A DNA stretch of 64,000 nt from Desulfuromonadales bacterium (GTDB lineage: Bacteria; Desulfobacterota; Desulfuromonadia; Desulfuromonadales; SZUA-540): contig JAWSUS010000001.1 of the NCBI GenBank assembly GCA_033549025.1, positions 32,001 through 96,000 on the forward strand, in the 5' to 3' direction. Under the pieces are notes generated by a model. The model was not told the DNA's origin. It ran no database searches and saw nothing but the letters and a program-made list of their open reading frames with translations. Made by a program: the position numbers and the translations under genes. This document shows positions 36,641 through 47,458 of this stretch, piece by piece (positions within the stretch are counted from its first letter, which is position 1; every line of letters starts with the position of its first letter).

Positions 36641-37468
36641 TCATTTGGTCAACAGATCAAGAAAACCCTGAATCGTCGAGAGTTTGCGCTCGGATTCAGA
36701 ATAAAGTTTCGATGAGAATATGGCTGTAGCCGCGTGACCGGCGAGCAGTGTAAAGAGCTCGTAATCGACTTCGGCGAAACGCTTCTTCTGCACGAGAAGC
36801 TTGTAAATGGCGATAACGCCGATCACATGCTCTTTGATTTTAAGGGGGATACAAACAATGGGATGATGCAGGTCCCGGCTGTAGTTTTCCATATCCTCGA
36901 TAAAATAATTTTCGCCGGTTTTGGCCATCTGACCAATGATGCCATCACCAATGGAGATAATCGGCACGTCCTGCGTTTCCATACCTTCGGAAGCAACCGC
37001 CTGCAGGGTGTTGCTTTTGTCATCAAGCAGCATGACCGCAAATTCCTCGGCCCCGATGAGATTGATGACAATCTCCATGATGATCTGCAGAACTTCTTTA
37101 AAATCCAGCGTGGAATGGAGTTGATAAGAGGCGATATAAAGGTTGGCCAGATTGTTGTTCTCGGTTTCCACCTCGACATAGCGATTGGCGAAATCGTGGT
37201 TTTCCTCTTCAACCTGCTTGATCCGATCCAGGATCTTCAGTTTTTCCGATTCCAACTCCTCGATGCGCTGGCGAAGTTTGCGGATCTCTTCCTCCGCCTC
37301 GCCAAAATGGCCTCCTTCACCCTTACCGGCTTCCAGTTGGAGAATCTGGTAGCGCAGACGCTCGTTTTCACGCAGCAGTTCCTGGGTAAACTCCGCCCCC
37401 TTTTTAAAGACCTGAAGAAATTCTTCCGCTTTTTTGACTGTACCTTTATCGTCCATGGTTTCGCTCAT
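36641..37468 (-). CDS. Coiled-coil + GAF domain protein with no output domain
   Basis: N-terminal heptad region; GDGIIG, CIPLK...VIGVIAI, LFTLLAGHAATAI. Confidence 0.85.
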   Translation of the reverse strand: MSETMDDKGTVKKAEEFLQVFKKGAEFTQELLRENERLRYQILQLEAGKGEGGHFGEAEEEIRKLRQRIEELESEKLKILDRIKQVEEENHDFANRYVEVETENNNLANLYIASYQLHSTLDFKEVLQIIMEIVINLIGAEEFAVMLLDDKSNTLQAVASEGMETQDVPIISIGDGIIGQMAKTGENYFIEDMENYSRDLHHPIVCIPLKIKEHVIGVIAIYKLLVQKKRFAEVDYELFTLLAGHAATAIFSSKLYSESERKLSTIQGFLDLLTK

Positions 37469-37555
37469 GGCAAACTCCCATAAAATAGGCTTACCGTCAT
37501 ATTCGGGACATCCTAACAGCACCCGGACAAAATTTCCAGCATTTCCTTGCAGGAA

Positions 37556-38626
37556 CTAGAGTCCACAACGCCTTAGAATTTCAGTACATAGAAGCGGAAG
37601 GGGGACAACCTTGTCGACCCGGCCGGTCGCTATGGCCTCTTTGGGCATGCCGAAAACGACACTGCTCTCTTCCGCCTCAGCCAGGGTCTGCCCGCCCACT
37701 TCCTTGATGGAGACAACGCCCTTGGCACCGTCGTTGCCCATACCCGTCAGCACGACAGCGAGAAGATTCGGGCCATAAACGCGAGCCGCCGAATCGAACA
37801 TGACGTCGACGCTGGGAACATAGCGATGTTCGGCACCGGGATCGCGCGCGTGGGCCAGAATACGGCCGGCATCTTCGACAAAGGTCAGGTTGCGCCCCCC
37901 CGGCGCGATCAGAACGCGGCCAGGCTCCATGACGTCCCCGGTCTGCGCTTCACTGACATCGAGCGCACAGAACTTGTTCAGACGCTCGGCAAAGGCACGG
38001 GTAAACCCCGCCGGCATATGCTGGGAAACAGCAATACCTACCGGGATCTTCTCGGTGATCTGCGACAGGATGGCTTGCAGGGCCGGTGGTCCTCCTGTCG
38101 AGGCGCCGATAACGACCTGGGATATCGCGGGGCCGGCCGTAATGCGCCGATGGTGTTTGATCACTGTTTCCTCAGGGCGCGGTGATTCCCCTCCCCCAAG
38201 CGGCCGCCGGAGCACCTTGCGCATATCCGTCAGAACAACCGCGCGCACCTTTCGATGCAGGTCTTCTTTAATGGAGAGCAATTCGGTGGAGATGCGGGCG
38301 GTAGGCTTGGAAACGAAATCGACCGCACCGAACTCAAGGGCTTTAAAGACGTTTTCATCATCGGTTCGCGCTGAAACAACGATGACCGGCGTCGGCCTGT
38401 TCTGCATGACGATGCGGAGAAAAGAGAATCCGTCCATCCGCGGCATTTCGAGGTCGAGAGTGACCAGATCCGGTTTCAGGTCAAAGACCTTGCGCAACCC
38501 CTCCTCACCATCGCAGGCATAGCCCACCACCTTGACGCCGGGCAGATCTTCCAGCATCTTGGTGATCGCCCGCCGATTATAAGCCGAATCATCAACAACA
38601 AGGACGCGAACGGGTTGACTATTCAT
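37556..38626 (-). CDS. cheB: Chemotaxis methylesterase/glutaminase CheB (REC + esterase)
   Basis: [28 protein letters not shown]. Confidence 0.96.
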   Translation of the reverse strand: MNSQPVRVLVVDDSAYNRRAITKMLEDLPGVKVVGYACDGEEGLRKVFDLKPDLVTLDLEMPRMDGFSFLRIVMQNRPTPVIVVSARTDDENVFKALEFGAVDFVSKPTARISTELLSIKEDLHRKVRAVVLTDMRKVLRRPLGGGESPRPEETVIKHHRRITAGPAISQVVIGASTGGPPALQAILSQITEKIPVGIAVSQHMPAGFTRAFAERLNKFCALDVSEAQTGDVMEPGRVLIAPGGRNLTFVEDAGRILAHARDPGAEHRYVPSVDVMFDSAARVYGPNLLAVVLTGMGNDGAKGVVSIKEVGGQTLAEAEESSVVFGMPKEAIATGRVDKVVPLPLLCTEILRRCGL

Positions 38627-39507
38627 GCCGCACCCCCTTCAAAACCCGGTTGGGATGGTCGCTGATACACCATGTCATGGGTGAAGTGGCGCAGGGTGAA
38701 GACGTTGGTGATGTTCATCAGGGATTCCGAATGGCCTAGCAGCAAGAAGCCTCCAGGCCGGAGGCGCTGAAAGAAACTGTCGACCACCTTTTTTTTGGCA
38801 GCCATATCAAAATAAATAATAACGTTCCGGCAAAAAATGACGTCCATCCGCCCGAGAAGAGAAACGCGAGGAGCATCGAAAAGGTTGAGGTGGCTGATAG
38901 TCACCAGGTTCCGGACCCGATCGTTGATACGAAACTTCCCATCAACGGCGTCAAAGAAACGCTGCTGATAATCAGGAGGCGTCGCGCGGAACGATGAGGT
39001 TCCGTAAACGCCCTTCCGAGCCAACTGCAAAACGCGCTGGCTGATATCTGTGCCGATGATATCGACCTGAAAATCGGCCAGAAGAGGATGGTTCAGCAGA
39101 AGCATGGCGATGGTGTACGGTTCCTCACCGGAAGAACACCCGGCACTCCATATCCGAATGCGCCTGTCTTTGTCCTTTTCCTTCTGGCGGACAATTTCGG
39201 GTAAAATTTCTTCAATCAGGGTCTTGAGCTGAAAATCTTCACGAAAGAAATAGGTTTCATTGGTGGTGAGCAAATCAATGAGTTCCGTCAACTCCTGATC
39301 TTTGTCCTTGTTGTAGCGAAGATAGTAATAGTAGTCCCTGAAACTCTCCAACTGCAGATGCTGAAGTCGTTTGCCAAGCCTCTTCTCGAGTAGATATTTG
39401 GAATCTTCTGAAAAGTTCAGACCACAGTAATGGTAGACAAAATCCCTGATCAACTGGAACTCGTCCATCGACATGGCGATACTGGGAGAAGAGAACAAAA
39501 ATGACAT
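38623..39507 (-). CDS. cheR: Chemotaxis methyltransferase CheR
   Basis: [36 protein letters not shown]. Confidence 0.96.
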   Translation of the reverse strand: MSFLFSSPSIAMSMDEFQLIRDFVYHYCGLNFSEDSKYLLEKRLGKRLQHLQLESFRDYYYYLRYNKDKDQELTELIDLLTTNETYFFREDFQLKTLIEEILPEIVRQKEKDKDRRIRIWSAGCSSGEEPYTIAMLLLNHPLLADFQVDIIGTDISQRVLQLARKGVYGTSSFRATPPDYQQRFFDAVDGKFRINDRVRNLVTISHLNLFDAPRVSLLGRMDVIFCRNVIIYFDMAAKKKVVDSFFQRLRPGGFLLLGHSESLMNITNVFTLRHFTHDMVYQRPSQPGFEGGAA

Positions 39508-39511
39508 AATC

Positions 39512-41533
39512 CTAGACATTCCCCCTGGCAACATCTTCCAGCAAAGCATCGAGCTGACGGCGGACGAGGTCGTCCCTTTCCTGCCTGTTCATTTCACGCA
39601 GAACAGCCATTGCCTGATCCCCGGCCTCTTCAGCCAGAACCCGGGCATAGGCAAGACGTACCTCCGAAGCGCCATGCTGGCAAAGACAGGACTGTGCCGA
39701 TTCGATCTCCCGCTGTCGCCCTGCCGCGACCAAAATTTTGAGACTGGCACAAACGACCTCGGCATCAGGGTGCGATAAGGCTTTCACCAAAAAGGGCGTT
39801 GCCTGTTCCAGGTTTTGTTCGGCCAGGGTTTCCAGGGCAGCAATCACCACCAGGCCGACCGGGTCGTTCAGGGCGCGGACCAGCAGGCTTTGGGCCTCAG
39901 GATGGTCGGTGGCGCCCAGCCCACGGACAGCCGAAACCCGGACCCAAAGGTCCTCGTCCTGCACAACCAGGGAGAGGGGTTCGAAGGCATCACGCCCCAC
40001 CGAGCGGGCAAAAACGTCGACGGCCATGCGGCGGACCTCGGGGTCTTCATCGGTCAAGGTCAGCAGCAGGGCATCGCGGTGCCGACCGCTGCAGCATTTC
40101 CCAAGCGCCCTCACGGCAGCCTGTCTCACCTGGGAGGATTCATCCTTAAGAGCGAAAACGAGGGCTGATTCAGCCGCGGGTACATCGAGGCGCGATATCA
40201 CCGAAACAGCAGAGGTCCTTAACTGGGAATCTTCCGCGCCAAGCAGTTTCTGCAGGGCACCATAGACCTTTTCCGGGCATTTGCCCCCAAGGGTCGAAAG
40301 GGATTCCAGGGCAGCAGCTCGTACCGTTTCGCTTGGGTCATCCAGTAACGAAACCAGTGGCGAAACGGCCTTTTCAACCCCGAGCGATCCAAGAGCCTGG
40401 GCAGATACAGCGCGCAGGTCGGCATCTTCGGATTTTAGTGCGGAGAGAAGATGATTCAGTCCTTCGACACAACCGGTCATGCCGACGACATAGGCCAGAT
40501 AGGGCCGCTGATACGCTTCGATATGGGTCCAATGATCCATCAACGCTGCGGCAGCTTTTCTCCCCATGGAAATCAGCGCTCTGGTGGTGGCCTCACGCAG
40601 ACTGTCCTCGGCCAGCAAGGGAAGGAGCCGGTGCGCGGTCTGTTCGTCTCTTAAGGCGCCAAGAAGGTATAGCGCTGCCCGCCTCACCCGATCGGGGTTG
40701 TCCTCCAGAAGGCGGATAGTCGCTTCAACCAGATTTTTGCGCATGGGCGCCGGCAGATGAGCGGTCAATTCACCGGGATTTCGCCTCTCCACCTTTTCGA
40801 GGGCCAGCAGGGCCGAATGCCGGACATTGGGCCTGTCGTCTAAAAGACCCTGCACCAGTTCTTCAACGACCTCCACGCCCCCCAGTTGTCCGAGACAATC
40901 ATAAAGCGCCTTGCGCAGGAGAGGCTCCTGCCCCCATTTCAACAGGGATGCGGCGGGAACATCAGCTCCGATCTGGCCCAAGGCCTGCAATATGGTGAAG
41001 CGCAACAGAAGGTCGGCCTCTTCCATCAACTCCAAGAGCGGGCCGACAGCTGCCGAGGAGCCCATTTTCCCAAGGTTTTCCGCCGCTGCCGCCCTGATAT
41101 TGCCATCGTTGTCGGACAACGCTTCGATCATCAGCGGAACCGCCGAGGTGTCGCGGATTTCGCCCAGGATATCCAGGATAAATTTGCGAACATCGCGGTC
41201 TTCGGTCTTCATCTCAGCAAAGAGACAAGACAGCGATTGCCGGCCGAGCCGCGTAAGAATTTCAACGGCAGCATTGCGCGCTCCCGCGTTATCATCGGCG
41301 TGTAGAAGAGCAGCGACGTCGCGAATATGGTCAGGCGCCGCGGGCTGCGCCAAAAAAACTTCAACAGCCTCTTTACGGACCCGCCAACTCGAATCGCCCA
41401 TAGCCCTGTACAACAGGGGTAACCAATCCTCTCCAAAGGAAACGCGTAGCGCCCGCAGGCCATCAAGACGTTCTTCCTCCAGGGAAGAATTGAGATTTTG
41501 CCTGATATCCTCAGGAGTTACTTGGGAATGCAC
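39512..41533 (-). CDS. HEAT/PBS-lyase repeat protein
   Basis: Many D-x-x-x-x-VR-x-AA-x-x-LG repeats across 673 aa. Confidence 0.9.
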   Translation of the reverse strand: MHSQVTPEDIRQNLNSSLEEERLDGLRALRVSFGEDWLPLLYRAMGDSSWRVRKEAVEVFLAQPAAPDHIRDVAALLHADDNAGARNAAVEILTRLGRQSLSCLFAEMKTEDRDVRKFILDILGEIRDTSAVPLMIEALSDNDGNIRAAAAENLGKMGSSAAVGPLLELMEEADLLLRFTILQALGQIGADVPAASLLKWGQEPLLRKALYDCLGQLGGVEVVEELVQGLLDDRPNVRHSALLALEKVERRNPGELTAHLPAPMRKNLVEATIRLLEDNPDRVRRAALYLLGALRDEQTAHRLLPLLAEDSLREATTRALISMGRKAAAALMDHWTHIEAYQRPYLAYVVGMTGCVEGLNHLLSALKSEDADLRAVSAQALGSLGVEKAVSPLVSLLDDPSETVRAAALESLSTLGGKCPEKVYGALQKLLGAEDSQLRTSAVSVISRLDVPAAESALVFALKDESSQVRQAAVRALGKCCSGRHRDALLLTLTDEDPEVRRMAVDVFARSVGRDAFEPLSLVVQDEDLWVRVSAVRGLGATDHPEAQSLLVRALNDPVGLVVIAALETLAEQNLEQATPFLVKALSHPDAEVVCASLKILVAAGRQREIESAQSCLCQHGASEVRLAYARVLAEEAGDQAMAVLREMNRQERDDLVRRQLDALLEDVARGNV

Positions 41534-41552
41534 GTTTTTGCCTCTCTTCAGA

Positions 41553-42470
41553 TCAGGGACGAAGCTCTTTCTCGCGGCTTACGACAAAGTCAGATAAAGC
41601 CTGTTGAAAAAAATCGGCATGCTGCCCGGCAGCGCCGCTGTAGCGTTCCTCGAAGAGTCTTTGCCCTTCGGCGATCTCTGCCGCCAGAGCCTCGAAAAAA
41701 TTACCGTTTACAATACCCGCATCGACCTTCGGTTGGCTGTAAAGAGCGATGTCCGCCACGATGATCCGAGCAAAACGCCGGGCTTTTTCTGATTCGGTCT
41801 CCCCTCCCTCCTGCTCTTCAAGGTCATGAATGCGGTCTTTCATCCGCTCAATAAAGGAGGCAGCCGCGGACGGGCTCTTCCATTCACTCCCGACGGCACC
41901 GGATTCGGAAGGGGAAGATGAATTCATGTCACCGGCCAGCAGCTGGGAAATTTTGACGACCAGATCGCCGGGAATATGATGCTTTTCGATATACCCATCG
42001 GCGCCGTAGAGGGAGACCGGCGTTCGCTTGTAGGCCGTCTTGTTATACACAGAAGAGACCAAAAGCACCTTGACCTGATCGAGCCCGGGACGGCGGCGGA
42101 TTTTTTCGACGGCCTCAAAGGCGTAAAGGCCGGGCAAAGCGACGTCGAGGACAACGACATGGGGCGCTTCCTGCTCCATGAGGGACAAGGCCTGCTCCCC
42201 GTCGGAGCAGACGCGGCACGTCATCTCCGAACGATTCAAGACCTCCTGGATGGTGGTGCAAAGCTGGGGATCCCCATGAGCCACCAGAACCCGGACCAAG
42301 GAGCGGTCAAGGGTATCGGCATTGCGCTGGGATGAAACATCGACCTGGAATACCTTCTGACAGCGGGCACACCGCAGAGTCAATCGCTTCTTGTCGAGAT
42401 AGCGGTTTTCGGCCAACCGAAACCGGGCCGAGCACGCGGGACAGGTTATGATCATGGAAGCCCTTTGCAT
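41553..42470 (-). CDS. Zinc-ribbon + REC response regulator with helical C-terminal domain (start may be 42455)
   Basis: CPAC...CARC; VLDVALPG; ARRFARIIVADIALY. Confidence 0.85.
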   Translation of the reverse strand: MQRASMIITCPACSARFRLAENRYLDKKRLTLRCARCQKVFQVDVSSQRNADTLDRSLVRVLVAHGDPQLCTTIQEVLNRSEMTCRVCSDGEQALSLMEQEAPHVVVLDVALPGLYAFEAVEKIRRRPGLDQVKVLLVSSVYNKTAYKRTPVSLYGADGYIEKHHIPGDLVVKISQLLAGDMNSSSPSESGAVGSEWKSPSAAASFIERMKDRIHDLEEQEGGETESEKARRFARIIVADIALYSQPKVDAGIVNGNFFEALAAEIAEGQRLFEERYSGAAGQHADFFQQALSDFVVSREKELRP

Positions 42471-42500
42471 AATCGGGAACGGGAAGGAACAACCGGCGGG

Positions 42501-43040
42501 TCACTCCATCTCTTCAAACGGGTCGTCGGGCAACTGAGGGATTTTTTCCAGATCGATTTTTTCCCGGGAGGAAAGAATCTTTTCCAGATCGAGGATCATC
42601 AGCAGGTCGTCGTCATAGCGGCAGACCCCGGCGAAAAACTCGGTGCCGGGTCCCTTGAGAAAATACGGCGAAGGATAGACCTCTTTGCGGGTGTAGCGCC
42701 GGACTTCCGTAACCTCATCCACCCGAAGTCCGAGGATTTTGCCAAAGAGGGCGCACACCAGCACGCGCTCCTTCTTCAGGCCGTCTACGACGGTCAAGCC
42801 GAAGCGCTTGCGCAAATCCAGCACGGGAATAACCACATTGCGCAGGGTGAAGACCCCTTCGATAAAGGGGGGCGCATTGGGGATGGGGGTCAATCTGGGG
42901 GGGCGGATGATTTCCTTGATGCGCCTGATATCCAAGGAGTACATCTGCTCCCCGGCTCTGAAGCAGGCCAACTGGATTTCCTGACGCTCCCTGTCCCCGT
43001 CAGCGGACCCGGCAGACTGAGGCAAAGTCCTAGGGCTCAT
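42501..43040 (-). CDS. cheW: CheW
   Basis: IKEII, IPNAPPFIEGVFTLRNVVIPVLDL. Confidence 0.92.
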   Translation of the reverse strand: MSPRTLPQSAGSADGDRERQEIQLACFRAGEQMYSLDIRRIKEIIRPPRLTPIPNAPPFIEGVFTLRNVVIPVLDLRKRFGLTVVDGLKKERVLVCALFGKILGLRVDEVTEVRRYTRKEVYPSPYFLKGPGTEFFAGVCRYDDDLLMILDLEKILSSREKIDLEKIPQLPDDPFEEME

Positions 43041-43408
43041 TTGGCCAAAAAGCGCTGAATGGTTTCAATGACCATGACGGACTTGAAGGGCTTGGTGATA
43101 TACCAGTCCGCCCCCACCTTTTCGCCCCGCGCCATATCCTCGCGACTCTTTTTGGCCGTGAGCATGATAACGGGGATATGCTTGGTCTGCGGGTTCTCCT
43201 TGATCCTCCTGCAGACCTCAAAGCCGTCTATCTGCGGCAGCATGATATCCAGAAGCACCAGGTCCGAAGGATTCTCGGCCAGGGAATCGAGGGCAGCCTG
43301 CCCGTTGGTCACCCCCGTGACGTCGTATCCTTTCGACGTCAACAGGATGCTTTCAAGCTTTAGAAGACTTTCTTCATCCTCAACGATCAGAATCCTTTTT
43401 TTGGACAC
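43037..43408 (-). CDS. Single-domain response regulator
   Basis: VEDE, LDIMLP, LTAK, KPF. Confidence 0.9.
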   Translation of the reverse strand: MSKKRILIVEDEESLLKLESILLTSKGYDVTGVTNGQAALDSLAENPSDLVLLDIMLPQIDGFEVCRRIKENPQTKHIPVIMLTAKKSREDMARGEKVGADWYITKPFKSVMVIETIQRFLAK

Positions 43409-43426
43409 GATAGTGCTCCTTTCCCC

Positions 43427-44134
43427 TCAGCTACGTTCCGCATCGAGAACGTGGTCTAAATTCAACATAAATATCATGCGATCCTGATAACGGCCCACTC
43501 CCCTGACCATGTCCCTGTCGAGGCCCGAAAGTATCGCGGGGGGAGGTTCCGTTTTGCGGACAGGCATTTTAACGACCTGATTGATCCCATCGACCAACAG
43601 ACCGGCGCTACGCTCCCCCTTTTGACATACAATAATACGGGAAGCGGGAGAAACTTCAACCGAACCCAGCTTTATGCGCCTGGGCAGATCAAAGACGGGG
43701 ACAACCTGCCCACGCAGTGAGATGATCCCCAGCACAAAATCGGGGACCCGGGGGATCTCTTCCACTTCACGCCATTTGATGATTTCACTGACGTGGTCGA
43801 TATCCAGGGCATACTCTTCATTACCCACCGGAAAGGTGAGCCACTGCTCCACCGCTTCCCGGTCTTCCCTCGCCAATGCCGCCAGCCCTTCGGCATAGGC
43901 TTCCTCGGTGGCCAAGTCGATTTCAGGGCAATAATTGAACAGAGCTTCCAAGGGATCTGTCGCCGGCTCAGCACCCGCCGAGGGAGCCCCTTCGACCGGC
44001 GGCGCGGGAACGCCCTGAACCTGGAGGACCGGAAGACGCACCTTTTTCTCCTCCGTCGCGGCAGGCGCTACGGCGGACTTGTCTTTTTCGGCCTTCTGGG
44101 CCTTGGCTTTTTTTCGGATATCAGCAAGATTCAT
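43427..44134 (-). CDS. cheW: CheW with Pro/Ala-rich N-terminal extension
   Basis: EYALDI, IPRVPDFVLGIISLRGQVVPVFDL. Confidence 0.9.
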   Translation of the reverse strand: MNLADIRKKAKAQKAEKDKSAVAPAATEEKKVRLPVLQVQGVPAPPVEGAPSAGAEPATDPLEALFNYCPEIDLATEEAYAEGLAALAREDREAVEQWLTFPVGNEEYALDIDHVSEIIKWREVEEIPRVPDFVLGIISLRGQVVPVFDLPRRIKLGSVEVSPASRIIVCQKGERSAGLLVDGINQVVKMPVRKTEPPPAILSGLDRDMVRGVGRYQDRMIFMLNLDHVLDAERS

Positions 44135-44154
44135 GCGCAAGATTCCTGTTTTGC

Positions 44155-44961
44155 CTAGATAAGAAGATCCAGCTCGTTCATTACCGACTCCAGAACCGAG
44201 GAATCGATAGGGCGGACTTCCCGGCCAAATCCTTCCAGCAGAGCCAGTGAGGCGATCTGGTTGATCTTTCGCGGCACCCCGCCCGAGGCCTGATGGATCA
44301 GCTGTACGGCGTCATCAGCGAAAAGGCCGGGCAAACCGCCGGCCACGACAAGCCGGTAATCGAGATAAGCCCTGGTGTCTTCCAACTGCAGGGGCTGTAA
44401 ATCAAACTGCATGCCGATGCGCTGACGCAGCGGTTCAAAGGAACGGTGAGCCAGACGCTTTTTCAATTCCGGCTGTCCCATCAGGACGATACTCATAAGA
44501 TTCTGATCGTCCAGCTGAAAATTGGTCAACAGCCGAATCTCGTCGAAAGTTTCCTTGTGAGGAACCAGCTGGGCCTCGTCGATCACCAGAACCGGGCAGA
44601 CCCCCTCCTGATAAAAACGGTAGAGGGCGGCGCCAATCTCTTCGAGAAGATCGGTTTTAAAACGCGAAGGATCGGCGATATCGAGACGCAGGGCCAGCGA
44701 GCGGAGAAATTCCATGGGGGTAAGACGCGGATTAATAAAAAGAATAACCCGGAAGCCTTCTCCCAGTTCATCCATCAAAGCGCGTGAAAGGGTCGTTTTG
44801 CCGCAGCCGATGCCACCCGTAAGCAGCACGAGGTCTCTTTCTTCCACGGCGTAGGTCAGGCGCGCCAGAGCCTCGCGATGCATCCGGCTCAGATAGAGAA
44901 AGCGCGGATCGGGCGTCTTGCTGAAGGGTCGTTCGGAAAACCCGTAGAAGTCTTCATACAT
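44155..44961 (-). CDS. ExeA-like AAA+ ATPase (stand-alone ATPase domain)
   Basis: PFSKTPDPRF, GGIGCGKT, IDEAQ, GQPEL, GGVPRKIN. Confidence 0.9.
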   Translation of the reverse strand: MYEDFYGFSERPFSKTPDPRFLYLSRMHREALARLTYAVEERDLVLLTGGIGCGKTTLSRALMDELGEGFRVILFINPRLTPMEFLRSLALRLDIADPSRFKTDLLEEIGAALYRFYQEGVCPVLVIDEAQLVPHKETFDEIRLLTNFQLDDQNLMSIVLMGQPELKKRLAHRSFEPLRQRIGMQFDLQPLQLEDTRAYLDYRLVVAGGLPGLFADDAVQLIHQASGGVPRKINQIASLALLEGFGREVRPIDSSVLESVMNELDLLI

Positions 44962-47020
44962 AGAAAGAAGAATCTCCTCGCAGGGACTCGCTCATAAGAC
45001 CGCCAACATCGAGCACCAGCACGGTCTTCTGATTACCGAGATCGGCGGCACCGGCAATCCCCCGGACAAAGGACAGGGTGTTGCCCAGGGACTTGATGAC
45101 CACGTCCTGCTGGCCCAACAGATCGTCGACCACAATCCCCATCTTTTTATCGGCCAGGCCCACCACAACCACGAATAGCTTGCGGGGCGAACCTTCTTGG
45201 GCAGGTAGCCGGAACAGGTGGCTCAGTCTCACCAGAGGCAGCGTATGCTCTCGCAGATCGATGACTTCGTGGCGTTCGATGGTGCGGATCGAGGAGGTCT
45301 CGACCAGGAGGGTCTCCATGACGGAGTTGATGGGAATGGCATAGGCCTTGCCGCTGACTTTGACGACCAGGGCCTTGATAATGGCCAGCGTGATCGGGAG
45401 CGTGATGGTGACCGTCGTGCCCTGGCCGAAGGTGCTGTCGAGTTCGAGCATGCCGGAAAGAGCCGCAATGTTGTTCCGGACCACATCCATGCCGACGCCG
45501 CGGCCGGATAAGTCGGTAACTTCATCACGAGTAGAAAAACCGGGAGTCAGGATAAGATTGAAAACGTCTTCCCGCGACAATTCGGCCTCGGCGCTGATCA
45601 GCCCTTTTTCCAGAGCCTTTATCCGCACCCGCTCGGGATCGATACCCCGTCCGTCATCACGAATTTCTATGACGACGTGATTCCCTTTTTGGGAGGCCCA
45701 CAGGCAAATGCAAGCCTTTTCGGGTTTCCCCGCCGTCCGACGCTCTTCCGGCGACTCTATCCCGTGGTCGACGGCATTACGGATGATATGCATGAGCGGG
45801 TCCGAGAGATCTTCCACAATGAGCTTGTCGAGTTCGGTATCGGCGCCCCGGATATCCACCTCGACCTTTTTTCCCTGCTCGTTGGCCACACGCCGGATAA
45901 TCCGGATGACCTTTTCAAAAAGCTGCGACACGGGGACCATGCGCACATCCATAACCCCTTTTTGCAGGTCGTGAAGACGCCGCTCCAGCACCCGGGTGAC
46001 CTTCTGCAATTCGCCGGCGACCCGGCTATTCTCGGCCCTGAGCTGGTCGCACAGCATGGAGACCGCCCCTTTGGACAAGACCAGTTCGCCAACGATATTC
46101 ATAAGGAAATCGAGCTTATCGATATCGACCCGCACGGTTCGGCTGATCGACCGCAGCGACGCTCCTGTTCCCTCCGATTCAGGAGGAGGCTCCTGCATGA
46201 CTTCGGCTGTTCCGGGAGGACTGACAACCGGCGGCGAGGCCGGAATAGCGGCCGGAGGTCGGGATGTCCCCACGGCGGCATCCCTGACGATGTCGATGTC
46301 GGCATCGGGACGGTCGAGCTTTTCGCCCAGTTCAGCGTGCGAGAGGGTGGTGGCGACCAGAATCTGAAAAGCGATCTTGTCCGAAATATCCCCGGCGCAA
46401 GGCAATGTACTGACAATCTCGCCGTTGTTTTTGAGCAGTTCAGAAATCTCACCCAGTTCCTGATCGAAACTGGACAGCGCAAAAGCCACCTTGACCAGCA
46501 GGATGTGACGGCCTTTCTCCAGATTGTCGCGAAGGCGGTGTTCCTCGTATTCGGTGAGCACATTGAGGATGGCCGGATCCAGGGAGAGGGCCCGGATAGG
46601 ATCGGCTGCCTTGGGAGGGGGCGCATTGAGCAGCGCTTCGATACGTTCCTGCACCGGAGCACAGTCCAGAGTGAAGGACTCCGACTCCCCTTTGCCGTTG
46701 ACGAGACGAAGGAGCAGGTCGAGCCCCTCGAAGAGCGTTTCAACGAGAACGGGAGAAAGGGAAACCTTGCCCAGCCGAAGATGGTCAAGAAGATTTTCCA
46801 TGGTATGGGATATGGAGCCGATATCATCGAAACCGAACATGCCCGCCAGCCCTTTAATGGAATGGGCACTGCGGAATATGCTGTTGAGCAGATCGGGGTC
46901 CGTTTCGCGCCCGTCGCTTCCATCACCGAGAGCCATGAGATCGATACTCAGCTTCTCGATGATCTCCTCGGCCTCCGCGAGAAAGTCTTTAATGGCGCGC
47001 GATGATGAATTGCCGGACAA
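44954..47020 (-). CDS. cheA: Chemotaxis histidine kinase CheA
   Basis: FRSAHSIKG (HPt), HIIRNAVDHGIE, DDGRG, GRGVGMDVV, C-terminal CheW-like domain. Confidence 0.97.
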   Translation of the reverse strand: MSGNSSSRAIKDFLAEAEEIIEKLSIDLMALGDGSDGRETDPDLLNSIFRSAHSIKGLAGMFGFDDIGSISHTMENLLDHLRLGKVSLSPVLVETLFEGLDLLLRLVNGKGESESFTLDCAPVQERIEALLNAPPPKAADPIRALSLDPAILNVLTEYEEHRLRDNLEKGRHILLVKVAFALSSFDQELGEISELLKNNGEIVSTLPCAGDISDKIAFQILVATTLSHAELGEKLDRPDADIDIVRDAAVGTSRPPAAIPASPPVVSPPGTAEVMQEPPPESEGTGASLRSISRTVRVDIDKLDFLMNIVGELVLSKGAVSMLCDQLRAENSRVAGELQKVTRVLERRLHDLQKGVMDVRMVPVSQLFEKVIRIIRRVANEQGKKVEVDIRGADTELDKLIVEDLSDPLMHIIRNAVDHGIESPEERRTAGKPEKACICLWASQKGNHVVIEIRDDGRGIDPERVRIKALEKGLISAEAELSREDVFNLILTPGFSTRDEVTDLSGRGVGMDVVRNNIAALSGMLELDSTFGQGTTVTITLPITLAIIKALVVKVSGKAYAIPINSVMETLLVETSSIRTIERHEVIDLREHTLPLVRLSHLFRLPAQEGSPRKLFVVVVGLADKKMGIVVDDLLGQQDVVIKSLGNTLSFVRGIAGAADLGNQKTVLVLDVGGLMSESLRGDSSFYV

Positions 47021-47029
47021 AATCCCCTC

Positions 47030-47398
47030 CTAACCCAGGTATTTTCGAATCAACTCCTGCAACTGCTCAGGGGAAAAAGGTTTGACCAGATATTCGTCCG
47101 CCCCGAGAGCCATCCCTTTTTCCCGATCCCGCTCACTCCCCTCGGTGCTGATGATGATGAGGGGCGTGGTTTGGTAGTTGGGGTTGGTTTTGATAAAACT
47201 GACCAGTTCCAGACCGTTGATATCCGGCATATTGATATCGGTGACGACCAGATCCACCTTTTCGCGGGGAAGTATCCGCAGGGCCTCAAACCCGTTGGAC
47301 GCCTCGATCACCTCAAAGTCGCCAATCGCCTCAATGGTTGAGACGATGAGCGAGCGCATGGTCGGCGAGTCTTCGGTAATCAGTATTTTCTTTGGCAC
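47030..47398 (-). CDS. cheY: CheY-like single-domain response regulator
   Basis: EDSPTMR, TDINMP, STEG, KPF; paralogue of 36246..36626. Confidence 0.9.
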   Translation of the reverse strand: MPKKILITEDSPTMRSLIVSTIEAIGDFEVIEASNGFEALRILPREKVDLVVTDINMPDINGLELVSFIKTNPNYQTTPLIIISTEGSERDREKGMALGADEYLVKPFSPEQLQELIRKYLG

Positions 47399-47458
47399 GT
47401 TACAGGCCTCACATTACGAGGGATAAAATCAGCGGACACCACAGCGTCTGCCCAAAAG